Of a DNA stretch of 64,000 nt, positions 20,591-29,976 are shown one piece after another. The position numbers were made by a program, and so were the translations under genes. Position 1 is the stretch's first letter. The number at the start of each line of letters is the position of its first letter. The notes beneath the pieces are model-generated. The model made no database searches and had not been told where the DNA came from. It was given only the letters and a program-made list of their open reading frames with translations. Source of the stretch: Candidatus Bathyarchaeota archaeon (GTDB lineage Archaea > Thermoproteota > Bathyarchaeia > TCS64); contig CAVYLP010000002.1 of NCBI GenBank assembly GCA_963769425.1, forward strand, positions 32,001 to 96,000, in the 5' to 3' direction.

Positions 20591-21475
20591 TTGAAGCGGA
20601 TTGGTTTCATAGGGTTGGGCCTCATGGGCAGCGGCATGTCCATGAATATCCTCAAGGCTGGTTTCCCCATTACGGTTTGGAATCGGACAGTTTCCAAGAC
20701 GGAACCACTTGTGAAGGCTGGTGCCAAGTTGGGAAAGTCTCCTAAAGATGTTGCAGAGCAGAGCGACATCGTCATCGATATAGTCACCGACTCGAAGGAT
20801 GTGGAGGAGGTCCTTCTGGGGCTTAATGGAGTCATCCATGGCGTCAAGCCGGGGACGATAGTCATCGACATGAGCACCATAAGTCCCATTAGGACGAGGG
20901 AGATGGCAGCGAAGTTCAGGGAAAAGGGCATCAAGATGCTCGATGCTCCAGTCAGCGGCGGAGACATAGGCGCGCGAAACGGTACCCTAAGTATCATGGT
21001 CGGCGGCGATAAGGATGCCTTCGATGAGGCTGTCCCTATCTTCCAGGCGATGGGGAAAACCATCACACACATCGGTGGGAACGGGGACGGTCAGATCTGC
21101 AAGGCTGTGAACCAGATCCTCGTTGGTATGAATATGCTTGGGGTCGCAGAGGCCCTCGTCTTCGCTAAGAAGGCGGGCGTCGACGTAAAGAAAGTCCACG
21201 CCGCAGTCTCTCCCGGCGCAGCGGGGAGTTGGCAACTCACTAACAACGGAGCCAAGCTCCTCGTCGGAGACCATGAGCCCGGATTCAAGGTGAAGGACTA
21301 CCTTAAGGACCTCCGTATCATAATGGAGACAAGTGACAGTGTCAAGATGCCTCTCGTAGGGACTGCTGTTGTCCAGCAGATGTTCAAGAACCTCGACGCT
21401 GAGGGGCTCAGAGACAAGGGAACGCAGGCTGTGGTCGTCGCCGTGGAGAAACTGGCGAAGGAGAAGCTCGCTTAG
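20591..21475 (+). CDS. Beta-hydroxyacid dehydrogenase (3-hydroxyisobutyrate dehydrogenase/tartronate semialdehyde reductase family)
   Basis: GFIGLGLMG, DMSTI, LDAPVSGG, CKAVNQ, KDL. Confidence 0.9.
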   Translation: MKRIGFIGLGLMGSGMSMNILKAGFPITVWNRTVSKTEPLVKAGAKLGKSPKDVAEQSDIVIDIVTDSKDVEEVLLGLNGVIHGVKPGTIVIDMSTISPIRTREMAAKFREKGIKMLDAPVSGGDIGARNGTLSIMVGGDKDAFDEAVPIFQAMGKTITHIGGNGDGQICKAVNQILVGMNMLGVAEALVFAKKAGVDVKKVHAAVSPGAAGSWQLTNNGAKLLVGDHEPGFKVKDYLKDLRIIMETSDSVKMPLVGTAVVQQMFKNLDAEGLRDKGTQAVVVAVEKLAKEKLA

Positions 21476-21636
21476 CTCCATGCGGCTCCAATGGGTTTGA
21501 AGCGTCCCGTGGCGTGCCGATATCTTGCGGGAGAGAAGTGAGATATATTTTAGGTCTCCTAAATCGGCAGCGTCATCGACACCGACAAGATGTCTCGAGA
21601 ATACTTTACGTCTACAGGAGCGATGACTTCATCTTC

Positions 21637-21676
21637 GCTATATCGCCGAGAGGACTATAAGTTGGGGCGATATAGC
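21637..21676. terminator. Perfect 11-bp inverted repeat between convergent genes
   Basis: GCTATATCGCC (21637-21647) and GGCGATATAGC (21666-21676). The terminator function is a guess. Confidence 0.35.
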
Positions 21677-21698
21677 TCCTCTTCGCCTACACTTGCAG

Positions 21699-22424
21699 CT
21701 AGCTCTTCTGCTTATAGAGGTCGATGAGCGCGTCCACAAGTTCCTCCTCAGATATGAGGCGAGAGTACCCGAGGGGTATCCCCTCGTGCTCAGCTAGGCT
21801 AACCGCGAGGGGGTCGATCTTCTTGATCTTACCATGTAGGATGACGACCCTCGGCTTGAAGGGGCTTATCTTAACAGCGATCATCGGGCTGCGTCCCTGT
21901 GTCACTTGGGTGAAGACGAGTGCCCTCTCACTCGTTGCACCGAATATCCTGTAGAAGTCTAGCCCCGACAGCGTCGTGATCGCCTTCACGCTGTCGATTA
22001 TCGTGTAGCCTAGGACCTGATTCTCAAGCTTCTCCTTACCTGTTAGCACCTCAGCGTCCACAGCCCTGCAGAGCTGCTCAACCGTAACCGGCTGGGTGAA
22101 CTCGCGTATGTCGGTGAAGACGTCGCTAGGGTCGATGGTTATCCTAGCCATCTGCCGGATGTAGTCCCCACCCCTGCTCTGATCGATGTCCAGAAGCGCC
22201 TCAACGTACCGCTTGATGAATCCGCTCCCCGGCGACTGCCTCCTCCCAGTCTCGTAGTCGCTGATCACCGACGGCGAGAGATCCAGCTCGTCAGCCAACT
22301 CCATCTGGTTCACGTTCAGCAGCCCCCTCCACTTCCTCATGGTCTGGCCCGGGTTGCTACTCAATACGATCTCGCCGGCGATCCTCTTTGCAAGCGTATC
22401 CCTGACTGGATTGTAGGCTGACAT
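21699..22424 (-). CDS. XRE-type HTH transcriptional regulator (COG1709)
   Basis: RIAGEIVLS..MRKWR..SVISDYETGRR.SPG; GRSPMIAV. Confidence 0.85.
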   Translation of the reverse strand: MSAYNPVRDTLAKRIAGEIVLSSNPGQTMRKWRGLLNVNQMELADELDLSPSVISDYETGRRQSPGSGFIKRYVEALLDIDQSRGGDYIRQMARITIDPSDVFTDIREFTQPVTVEQLCRAVDAEVLTGKEKLENQVLGYTIIDSVKAITTLSGLDFYRIFGATSERALVFTQVTQGRSPMIAVKISPFKPRVVILHGKIKKIDPLAVSLAEHEGIPLGYSRLISEEELVDALIDLYKQKS

Positions 22425-22466
22425 CAGAAACAGAAGCACCTATCTAGGTAAAAAGTGTGAAGGCGG

Positions 22467-23441
22467 CTAGACGCCTGCCTTCTCGCAGAGTATCTGCCAC
22501 CTGGTGTCGATCGAGTCCTGAAGCTCCTTCAGGAGTGCCTCGTTCCTCGCAGGCCTGAAGAAGTGCCTGAACCTGCCCTGCTGCTCGAGGTACGCCTCGA
22601 TGGGCTTCTTAGACTCGGGCTTCTTCGCGATGGCGAGGCTCGGTGCCGATAGCTCGTAGACTGGCCTCCCCTTCTCCTGCGTGCACTCGAAGAGGGGAAA
22701 GACGCATGTCTGCGTGGCTAGCCTGCTGATCTCTATCGTCTTCTCCGGCGGGAACCTCCAGCCCCTGCTGCACGGAGCGAGGCTGTGGAGGAACGTTGGG
22801 CCGTCGACCTCGATGGCCTTCCTCGTCTTCTTCATCACGTCGAGGGGCCAGGCGGAGTTGATCGTCGCAACGTACGGCGTGCCGTGGGCGATGATTATCT
22901 CGTCGATCGGCTTCTTAGTCTCCGTTTTTCCGAAGATTACCTTACCGGCGGGTGTAGTAGTCGTAGCAGCCCCGAAGGGCGTGCCGCCGCTCCTCTGGAT
23001 GCCTGTGTTCATGTAAGCCTCGTTGTCCAGCAGCACGTAGGTGAAGTCGTGACCACGCTCGATGGCCCCGGACAGAGCCTGGAACCCGATGTCGTAGGTC
23101 CCGCCGTCGCCGGCGAAGCTGATCACGTCGACGTGCGGGTACTTGGCGAGGTGACCCTCCTTCTTCTTATGCATCGCCTTGATGGTGGCCTCTATGCCGC
23201 TCGCGACCGCGGCGACGTTCTCGAAGGCGCAGTGGATCCACGGGACCTCCCACGATGTGTATGGGAATATGGTCGTGGAGACCTCGAAGCACCCCGTCGC
23301 GTTCGTCACGATCGTCGGGCCCCTCGTCGCCTTCAGCACCTGTCTGGCGACGATGGTCTCGTCGCAGCCAGCGCACAGGCGACCACCGCATATCAGCGCA
23401 TCGGGCTTCCTAGCCATGTCCTTTAGAGTTATGTCGCTCAT
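22467..23441 (-). CDS. porB: Pyruvate/2-oxoacid:ferredoxin oxidoreductase beta subunit
   Basis: CAGC, NATGC, GDGGTYDIG, DNEAYMNTGIQRS. Confidence 0.92.
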   Translation of the reverse strand: MSDITLKDMARKPDALICGGRLCAGCDETIVARQVLKATRGPTIVTNATGCFEVSTTIFPYTSWEVPWIHCAFENVAAVASGIEATIKAMHKKKEGHLAKYPHVDVISFAGDGGTYDIGFQALSGAIERGHDFTYVLLDNEAYMNTGIQRSGGTPFGAATTTTPAGKVIFGKTETKKPIDEIIIAHGTPYVATINSAWPLDVMKKTRKAIEVDGPTFLHSLAPCSRGWRFPPEKTIEISRLATQTCVFPLFECTQEKGRPVYELSAPSLAIAKKPESKKPIEAYLEQQGRFRHFFRPARNEALLKELQDSIDTRWQILCEKAGV

Positions 23442-23443
23442 GT

Positions 23444-24664
23444 CTATTCCCTCACACCGATGTAGCTGACCGGCTCAGCCACGGAGCCCTTCTCCTTGAT
23501 CTGTTGGAGGCTCTTGAAGATGTCACGTATCATCTCGGGGCTCGTGTCCTTGCCTCCGAGGCCGTTTATGTAATCGGCGACGAGCGGCTTCTTCGGCTGG
23601 TCGTAGAGCGCGGTCTTGACCTCCATGTAGAGGGGAGCACCCGGGCCGCCGATGCTGTACGCCTTCTCCATTACGCCAAGCGCCGGAACATTCCTGATCG
23701 CCTTCACGACCTCATCGAGGGGGAAGGGACGGAAGAGGCGGAGCTTGACCATCCCAGCCTTTACGCCCTCGGCACGCAGCTCGTCCACGACCTCGCGGAC
23801 GGTGCCCATCATCGAGCCCATCCCGATGACCGCGACCTCGGCGTCATCCATCTTGTACGGATAGACGTACTCAAGCTTCCTGCCCGTAATCTTCTCAAAC
23901 TCCTTGTCCACAGCCTTGATCGCCTTGAGGGCGCCCTTCATCGCCTCCATCTGCTGAACCTTGTGCTCGAAGTAGTAGTCCTGCAGGTCGAGTGGACCGA
24001 TGGTTATCGGGTGCTCGGGGTCGAGCTTGAAGTCGACCTCGCCCTGGGTACCCTCGGTCTTCATGTAGACTCTCTTACCGACGAACTTCTTCACGTCAGC
24101 GTCCTCCATGATGTAGACGTTCTCCATCGTGTGGCTGATGGTGAAGCCGTCGAAGTTGACCATGACCGGCATCTGGACGTCGGGGTGCTCCGCGATCCTC
24201 CAAGCCTCAACGCTCGTGTCGTAGACCTCCTGGTTGTTCTCGCAGAATATCTGGATCCAACCCGTGTCCCGTGCGCCCATGGCGTCGCTGTGGTCGTTGT
24301 GGATGTTGATTGGACCACCGACACACCTGTTCGCCACCGCCATCACTATCGGCAGGCGTAGACCCGCTGCGATGAAGAGAATCTCCCACATCAATGCGAG
24401 GCCATTAGCCGCCGTCGCCGTGAAGGCGCGCGCACCAGCCGCGGATGCACCAACGCAGGCGCTCAACGCGCTATGCTCGGACTCCACCGCGACGAACTCG
24501 GAGCCAACGAGGCCGTCAGCGACGTACTCGCTGTACTTCTCGACGATGATAGTCTGAGGCGTGATAGGATAAGCGGCCACCACATCCGGGTCGACCTGCT
24601 TCGTAGCAAACGCTGAAGCCTCGTCACCATTGAGGCCAGTCATCTTCTGCTTTACGACCATCAC
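23444..24664 (-). CDS. porA: Pyruvate/2-oxoacid:ferredoxin oxidoreductase alpha subunit
   Basis: AYPITPQT, ESEHSA, DHSD, LFRPFP. Confidence 0.92.
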   Translation of the reverse strand: MMVVKQKMTGLNGDEASAFATKQVDPDVVAAYPITPQTIIVEKYSEYVADGLVGSEFVAVESEHSALSACVGASAAGARAFTATAANGLALMWEILFIAAGLRLPIVMAVANRCVGGPINIHNDHSDAMGARDTGWIQIFCENNQEVYDTSVEAWRIAEHPDVQMPVMVNFDGFTISHTMENVYIMEDADVKKFVGKRVYMKTEGTQGEVDFKLDPEHPITIGPLDLQDYYFEHKVQQMEAMKGALKAIKAVDKEFEKITGRKLEYVYPYKMDDAEVAVIGMGSMMGTVREVVDELRAEGVKAGMVKLRLFRPFPLDEVVKAIRNVPALGVMEKAYSIGGPGAPLYMEVKTALYDQPKKPLVADYINGLGGKDTSPEMIRDIFKSLQQIKEKGSVAEPVSYIGVRE

Positions 24665-24942
24665 TTCTTCATCTCCATCTTAATACACTTCACCGGGCAC
24701 TCGTTAGCGCAGACACCGCAGCCCTTGCAGTACTCCTCGTTAACCTCGGTATACCCGTCCGCCCTCACAGTTATCGCCCCCTCCGGGCAGAAGAAGTGGC
24801 AGAGAGTACACTTGGTACACTTCTTATGGTCGATGACGGGCTTAGCTACGCCCCAGTCACCGGTCTTATAGTCCTTGCTGGACTTGTATGGGACCGCGCC
24901 CTTAGGCAGCGTCTTCCAGCCCCGCTTCTTCTCCTCACTCAA
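24661..24942 (-). CDS. porD: Pyruvate/2-oxoacid:ferredoxin oxidoreductase delta subunit
   Basis: TGDW, CTKCTLCHFFCP, CKGCGVCANECP. Confidence 0.92.
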   Translation of the reverse strand: MSEEKKRGWKTLPKGAVPYKSSKDYKTGDWGVAKPVIDHKKCTKCTLCHFFCPEGAITVRADGYTEVNEEYCKGCGVCANECPVKCIKMEMKK

Positions 24943-25493
24943 CCCTTGACGGCCTCCTTATACGCGGCCTCGACGACCTCCAGGTTCTGGTCCCTTACCT
25001 TGCCCTGGAACCTCTCCTTCACGACGGCGAGGACCGAATCCAGCTTAACAGCTCCTGAAGCCTTTACGACAGCCCCGAGCAGGACCGTGTTCGTAATGTT
25101 CACGCCCATTATTCTCATCGCCATACCCGTCGCGTCGACGACCCAAGTTTCGTTATCAACACCAAGCTTCTTCTTGACAGCCGTAGCGGTCTCAGTCGTG
25201 TTAACCACAATCTTACTGGATGGTTTTAGGCCTTCAGCCACAGCCGGGCCAAGAAGTGTGGGATCCAGCACGACCACCATATCCGGCTCGTAGACGCTGG
25301 AGTGTATCTGAATGGGCTTATCGCTTATGCGAGTGTAAGCCGTCATGGGCGCCCCCGCCCTCTCAGGGCCGAAGGCCGGGAAGCTCTGAATCTGCTTCCC
25401 CTCCAAGAGACCCGCCTGGGCCAATAGGAGTGATGCCGTCCAAGCTCCCTGGCCACCGCGGCCGTGGAACCTGATCTCGTAGAGCCTGTCCAA
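24939..25493 (-). CDS. porC: Pyruvate/2-oxoacid:ferredoxin oxidoreductase gamma subunit
   Basis: HGRGGQG, FGPERAGAP, NTVLLGA. Confidence 0.92.
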   Translation of the reverse strand: MDRLYEIRFHGRGGQGAWTASLLLAQAGLLEGKQIQSFPAFGPERAGAPMTAYTRISDKPIQIHSSVYEPDMVVVLDPTLLGPAVAEGLKPSSKIVVNTTETATAVKKKLGVDNETWVVDATGMAMRIMGVNITNTVLLGAVVKASGAVKLDSVLAVVKERFQGKVRDQNLEVVEAAYKEAVKG

Positions 25494-25747
25494 ATCGACT
25501 ACTCTCCTCTTGACATAGTCCCCAACGGTTTAAACGTATATGATCAGGATACTAAAAAACCGAATCAATCGGCATAATGGCAATAGCCTCCTCGGCGATG
25601 GCAATCTCCTACGGCGTCTCGACTACCTAAAGACGCCGAAGACCGGCGAATCACTGTCACTCATGGGAACCGTCACGCCCCTAACCTTCACGAAGGAGGG
25701 GAGACCAAGGCAGTCTCTACCGCGTTACCGTAAACAGCCTTAGCTGG

Positions 25748-26620
25748 CTACTTACCCGCTTTCCGCCTCAGCTCGTTCATCTCGTCTTTACTCTTTTTCG
25801 CCTGGATCGCGGATGCCTCAGCGAACCTCTCCCAGCCCCACCCCATCACCTCATAGGCGTAATTTACGCTACGGCTAGAAGAGACTAGGAGTCCCTCTCC
25901 ATCACCGTTGGATCCAAGCCTGATGGCAGCGGAGGGATCGCCACCCTGAGGCCCGAGCCCCGGGGATAGGATGAGTCTCTCCTCACCGATTATCCCCCTC
26001 ACTATCCCGAGCTCCTCCGACGCCGTGCAACCAACTACGAAGCCATTCGACCCGTGCTCGGTCGCGTCCATCGCGAGCCTCTGATAGAAGGGGACCCCCT
26101 CCATGTCTCTCGATTGATAATCGTGGGTACCGGGATTAGACATCCTACAGAGTGCGAATATCCCCTTCTGTCTCTCCTCCGACCACCTGTAGACGGAATC
26201 GACGCCGTTCTTGTAGCCCGGGAAGGGGCTGAACGTTACCGCGTCGTAGCCCAGCTCACCGATCCAGTGAAGAGCCGCATCCATCGTGGTCCCTATGTCC
26301 GAGAGCTTACAATCAAGAAGAGCTAGGCATCCCCCTTCATGTATGGCATCGGCGATGGCCTTCAGCCCATCGTACCCTAATGGGTAGACGAGGAACTGGG
26401 CGTTCGGCTTAATTATCGGCGTGTACGGTGCCACGGCCTTGACGAAGTCGACGCAGAACCTCTCGATGCCCCCCGCTACCCCATGCCTATCAATGAGGGG
26501 TTGGGGGACCACATACTTGTCCCGGAATGCCCTCGTCGCCGGGTCGAGGCCCACACAAAGAAAGCTATTCTTCTCCCTACTCAGCTCGTAGTATTTCTCG
26601 ACGAATCTTCTCCCGAGCAT
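25748..26620 (-). CDS. pyrF: Orotidine-5'-phosphate decarboxylase (type 2)
   Basis: LCVGLDP, KPN, LDCKLSDIGTT, SPGLGPQGG, SSSR. Confidence 0.9.
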   Translation of the reverse strand: MLGRRFVEKYYELSREKNSFLCVGLDPATRAFRDKYVVPQPLIDRHGVAGGIERFCVDFVKAVAPYTPIIKPNAQFLVYPLGYDGLKAIADAIHEGGCLALLDCKLSDIGTTMDAALHWIGELGYDAVTFSPFPGYKNGVDSVYRWSEERQKGIFALCRMSNPGTHDYQSRDMEGVPFYQRLAMDATEHGSNGFVVGCTASEELGIVRGIIGEERLILSPGLGPQGGDPSAAIRLGSNGDGEGLLVSSSRSVNYAYEVMGWGWERFAEASAIQAKKSKDEMNELRRKAGK

Positions 26621-26736
26621 TCGAACACCAGAGGGAAAGGGCACTCACATGAATAAAAAAGGGGGCACACGGGGGCATGCCTTTAAACGTCTAATACCCC
26701 ACTTCATTCAGAACCTCCTCTAAGTTGGGACCAAGG

Positions 26737-27336
26737 ATGAGCAACGAGGCGGATATACGCAAGCTACTGAAGATCCGAGCGGATCTCGAGGAGCGCGCCG
26801 AGCAGCTTCAAACCGAGGTAGACGACCTAAAGGTGGCCATGGCTGAGATCGACAAGGCCATCGTGCAGCAGGGGTTTCGACAGCCAGACGCGGGCTTCCA
26901 ACCGATGAAGCTGTCTGACACCAAGAAGGAGGAACTTAAAGTCGAGAATAAGCCTCTTGAGGGGATGACCGAGCAACACGGTGACGGCTCATCTATCCAG
27001 GCGAAGGACGGCACGGCGCTGGGGAGGGTTCAGATCGCCGGCGACGACTTAGTATTCACCCCCCGCGAGGGACTCTCATTCACGACCTCCACGCCCCCCT
27101 TCCAGTCCTTCCTCATCGACCGGGTCCTCGCCAATATGAAGACCACCGACGAGGCCCGAGCAGCCACGGGCGAGATAACCCCCGAGCAGGTCCTCAGTTA
27201 CAAGGTCGAGGCGGATGGAGAGGTCATCAAATCCATAGCCATTCGAAACATCGGCGGAGAGAGGCGCCTACGCGAAATACAGAGCAGCCTCCGCTGGAGC
27301 CTCGATAAGATGTATGATAAGGTAAAGCGAGGATAG
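26737..27336 (+). CDS. Hypothetical protein with N-terminal coiled coil
   Basis: Heptad-rich N-terminus; PPFQSFLIDRVL and LRWSLDKMY segments; function not recognised. Confidence 0.75.
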   Translation: MSNEADIRKLLKIRADLEERAEQLQTEVDDLKVAMAEIDKAIVQQGFRQPDAGFQPMKLSDTKKEELKVENKPLEGMTEQHGDGSSIQAKDGTALGRVQIAGDDLVFTPREGLSFTTSTPPFQSFLIDRVLANMKTTDEARAATGEITPEQVLSYKVEADGEVIKSIAIRNIGGERRLREIQSSLRWSLDKMYDKVKRG

Positions 27337-27340
27337 AGCC

Positions 27341-27562
27341 ATGGAAAGCGACATCGAGAAGAGCCCACTTTGGGGCGTACTCGTCGAAGTAGTACACTGC
27401 CTCCCCATATACAAGAGTCACAAATCCTACGTGAGGGAGACTATCCTTCCACAGAAGCCAGATGTCTCATCCGAAGAACTGTCGGGTAGGCTCGGCATAC
27501 CAGTAGGCGAGGCTATGGTTATACTGGAAGAATTGAAAACCGATAAGCCGAAGACAGATTAA
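27341..27562 (+). CDS. Small hypothetical protein, possible HTH
   Basis: SSEELSGRLGIPVGEAMVIL; co-oriented, 4 bp after the previous gene. Confidence 0.7.
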   Translation: MESDIEKSPLWGVLVEVVHCLPIYKSHKSYVRETILPQKPDVSSEELSGRLGIPVGEAMVILEELKTDKPKTD

Positions 27563-28107
27563 ACGACGTACCTATACGAGATGGCCGTCCCGGCGGTCTC
27601 GCTCTTCTGTGTGACCTTCACAACGTCCCCCCTCTTAGCCCCAAGAATGATGGCGATAGGATCGTTTAATTTTATCCAAGGGAACTGGAAGGGCTCGGCG
27701 TGGTACTTCTTCGTGACCTCTGTCAGCTCCTCCTCGGAGACTATCTCGTGGCGGGGGACCAAGGCGTGCTCGAAAATGTCGAAGGTCGGGAGGGTCGGCG
27801 GGATCAGCTCGATGCCTAGCTCCTCCGCGCTGCTCCTAGCCGAGTACGTGTACTTCCCGTCACCCACAAGGATACCCTTAGAGGCACCCTCTTTCTCCAC
27901 AGCTTCTTTGAGCTCCCTGACGTAGCTAATACCGATCGTCTTCTGCCCAAGGACCGCGTGCATGATTATGAGCTGGTTCTTTGGATCGTGTAACCTGTAG
28001 ACGAGCTTGTCCTCCTCGCCGACGGGCTTCTCTGTCTCGGTGGTGAGTTTCCTGTATTTTATGATGAGGTTGGCGCGCTTCTCCTCGAGGGATAGGTTCT
28101 TGCTCAT
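27559..28107 (-). CDS. rpoH: RNA polymerase subunit H/Rpo5, long two-domain Rpb5-like form
   Basis: C-terminal HALVPRHEI..PWIKLNDP..GDVVKV..SETAG..YRYV plus ~105 extra N-terminal residues. Confidence 0.9.
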   Translation of the reverse strand: MSKNLSLEEKRANLIIKYRKLTTETEKPVGEEDKLVYRLHDPKNQLIIMHAVLGQKTIGISYVRELKEAVEKEGASKGILVGDGKYTYSARSSAEELGIELIPPTLPTFDIFEHALVPRHEIVSEEELTEVTKKYHAEPFQFPWIKLNDPIAIILGAKRGDVVKVTQKSETAGTAISYRYVV

Positions 28108-28112
28108 CCTGC

Positions 28113-28313
28113 TTACCTCGCCTTGACCCTCTTAACTATCGGGGCCCGGACCTTCCTGAAGATCCTGTAGCCGCAGTAGGGACAGCGGAAGCTAATGTAC
28201 TTCTCGAGGTCCTCGTAACTGACTCGCCTGCCGCACTGGACACACTCGTATACGGGTCCCTCAGCGGGCGCCTGCTGCTCCTTCTTAGGCTCGTCGACAG
28301 ACAAGAGGTTCAA
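28113..28313 (-). CDS. rpoP: RNA polymerase subunit P (Rpo12)
   Basis: YECVQCG..RCPYCGYRIFRKVR..VKAR. Confidence 0.92.
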   Translation of the reverse strand: MNLLSVDEPKKEQQAPAEGPVYECVQCGRRVSYEDLEKYISFRCPYCGYRIFRKVRAPIVKRVKAR

Positions 28314-28341
28314 CCAGCATTAAGCACTCGATCAGGTCTAA

Positions 28342-29928
28342 TTAAAACATAGCGACTGGCCGCCCGTTTACTATTCTCTCTGAAGCGACGCCCGTGATCT
28401 CTACATCAATGACCCTCCCCTCCATCGGTTCGGGTGACTCGATGAGCACTACTGGGCCGTGCTTGAGAGGATAGGCGACCAGCAGTCTTCGGTTCCGGTC
28501 GAACCTCTCGGCGACAACGACGCGTATCACCTTGCCTACCATGCTCTCCTTCGCTCCCATGTTCGCCTTAGCTGCCGCCTCGTGGATTCTCCTGCTCCCC
28601 GGATCACTTACATTTGGAGGAGCTGATGGAAACAAACTGAAGGCGGACATCGGCAGGGACTGGAATCTGTATAGAATGATGCGCTCCGCTCCCTCGTCCC
28701 TGCTGTCCTCGATGGCCCTGACAGTCTCATTGACGGTCTCCTCCGTTTGCCCGGGTAGGCCATGAATGAAGTAGACGTAAGGCTTCATACCCGCCCTCCT
28801 AAGTCGCCCGATCGCTGCGAGGGTTTCCCTCGGCGTCGAGGGTCTGCCCATAAGTTCACTGTGCGTTTCCGACCCGGTCTCGAATCCGATGCTAACCGGG
28901 GTACCAGCTAAGTATTTCCCGAGGAGCCTCGCCGCCTTCTCAGTGACTAGGGAGGCCTTAATGTTCTCGATCATGATGGCGGCGGTCTCCTCCTTCATCC
29001 GTGGAATATCCATCAAAGAGGACAATAGTTTCTCGATCTCACCATAGTTGGGTTCGGGGCTCCTCGGGTCGGTGAGGGGCTCGGGCTCGACGAGTAGATC
29101 CCTGCCATAGTCGAGGAAGCATGGGGCACTGAGAACGACCCGACTCACCCCCTCCTCCAATAGGGCGACAACCTCCTCCTTGATTCCGCCCGCTGAGCGG
29201 CTCTTAGGGGGGCCGTAGAGACTGGGGACGGAACAGTAACCACAACCAGGAGGGGTACCAATGGGACAATCGTATCTCTCAAGCAGGGAACCTCTCCGAC
29301 ACACACCGCATGATTCACAGTCCCCACCTAATAGCGACCGATGATAGTTGCTGCATCCCCTCAACACCTCGACGTATACTCTGGCTGAACGATACAGTGT
29401 GTAGCCTTTGATTGTCGAGGTCGATGGCTTGTACCCATCGAAGGTCTGCCGAGGCATGACCCCCCTAAGCTGGGTTATCTCGACGCCGCTTCTCGTTTTG
29501 AAGGCTAACCCTCTGATCTTCCTCAGCGAATCCTCGTTAGGCAATTCCCCACTCGCGAGCCCCGCCTCCAGTAGCTCCGACAGGGTCTCCTCCCCCTCAC
29601 CTATAATGGCAAGGTCGCACCCTGTCCTCCTGAGCGCCTGCTCCGGGTCGGAGGTGACTGGACCGCCGATCAAAACCGGGCCTCCCTCCCAGCGTGATAC
29701 CACCTTCCGGATCGATGGTATATCTCCCGTCATCCCACTGACCATTAGCAGGTTGAACCCACTCGGGAAGTCACCGGTCAGGATGACCTCCGCCTCAAAT
29801 ATCGACACAGTAATGTCCCTGGACTCTAAGATACCAGCTACCGCCCTCGGGCCGGCCCCGATGGCGTCCCTCGTCACCTTCCTCTCCCCCTTACCAGAGG
29901 CAAGGGCGTCGACTATCAGAGACTTCAC
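28342..29928 (-). CDS. B12-binding radical SAM protein with C-terminal TRAM-like domain
   Basis: GGP..IGEGE; RGC..GCGYC split by a Cys-rich insert; GFETGS; YFIHGLPG. Confidence 0.8.
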   Translation of the reverse strand: MKSLIVDALASGKGERKVTRDAIGAGPRAVAGILESRDITVSIFEAEVILTGDFPSGFNLLMVSGMTGDIPSIRKVVSRWEGGPVLIGGPVTSDPEQALRRTGCDLAIIGEGEETLSELLEAGLASGELPNEDSLRKIRGLAFKTRSGVEITQLRGVMPRQTFDGYKPSTSTIKGYTLYRSARVYVEVLRGCSNYHRSLLGGDCESCGVCRRGSLLERYDCPIGTPPGCGYCSVPSLYGPPKSRSAGGIKEEVVALLEEGVSRVVLSAPCFLDYGRDLLVEPEPLTDPRSPEPNYGEIEKLLSSLMDIPRMKEETAAIMIENIKASLVTEKAARLLGKYLAGTPVSIGFETGSETHSELMGRPSTPRETLAAIGRLRRAGMKPYVYFIHGLPGQTEETVNETVRAIEDSRDEGAERIILYRFQSLPMSAFSLFPSAPPNVSDPGSRRIHEAAAKANMGAKESMVGKVIRVVVAERFDRNRRLLVAYPLKHGPVVLIESPEPMEGRVIDVEITGVASERIVNGRPVAMF

Positions 29929-29976
29929 GTATGAGCCCCCACGGCGTCTCGTGATAAATGTTCCCAGCGCAAGATA

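Noticed and set aside
25540-25743. Small ORF between porC and pyrF
   Set aside because: No recognisable protein features; cannot be supported.
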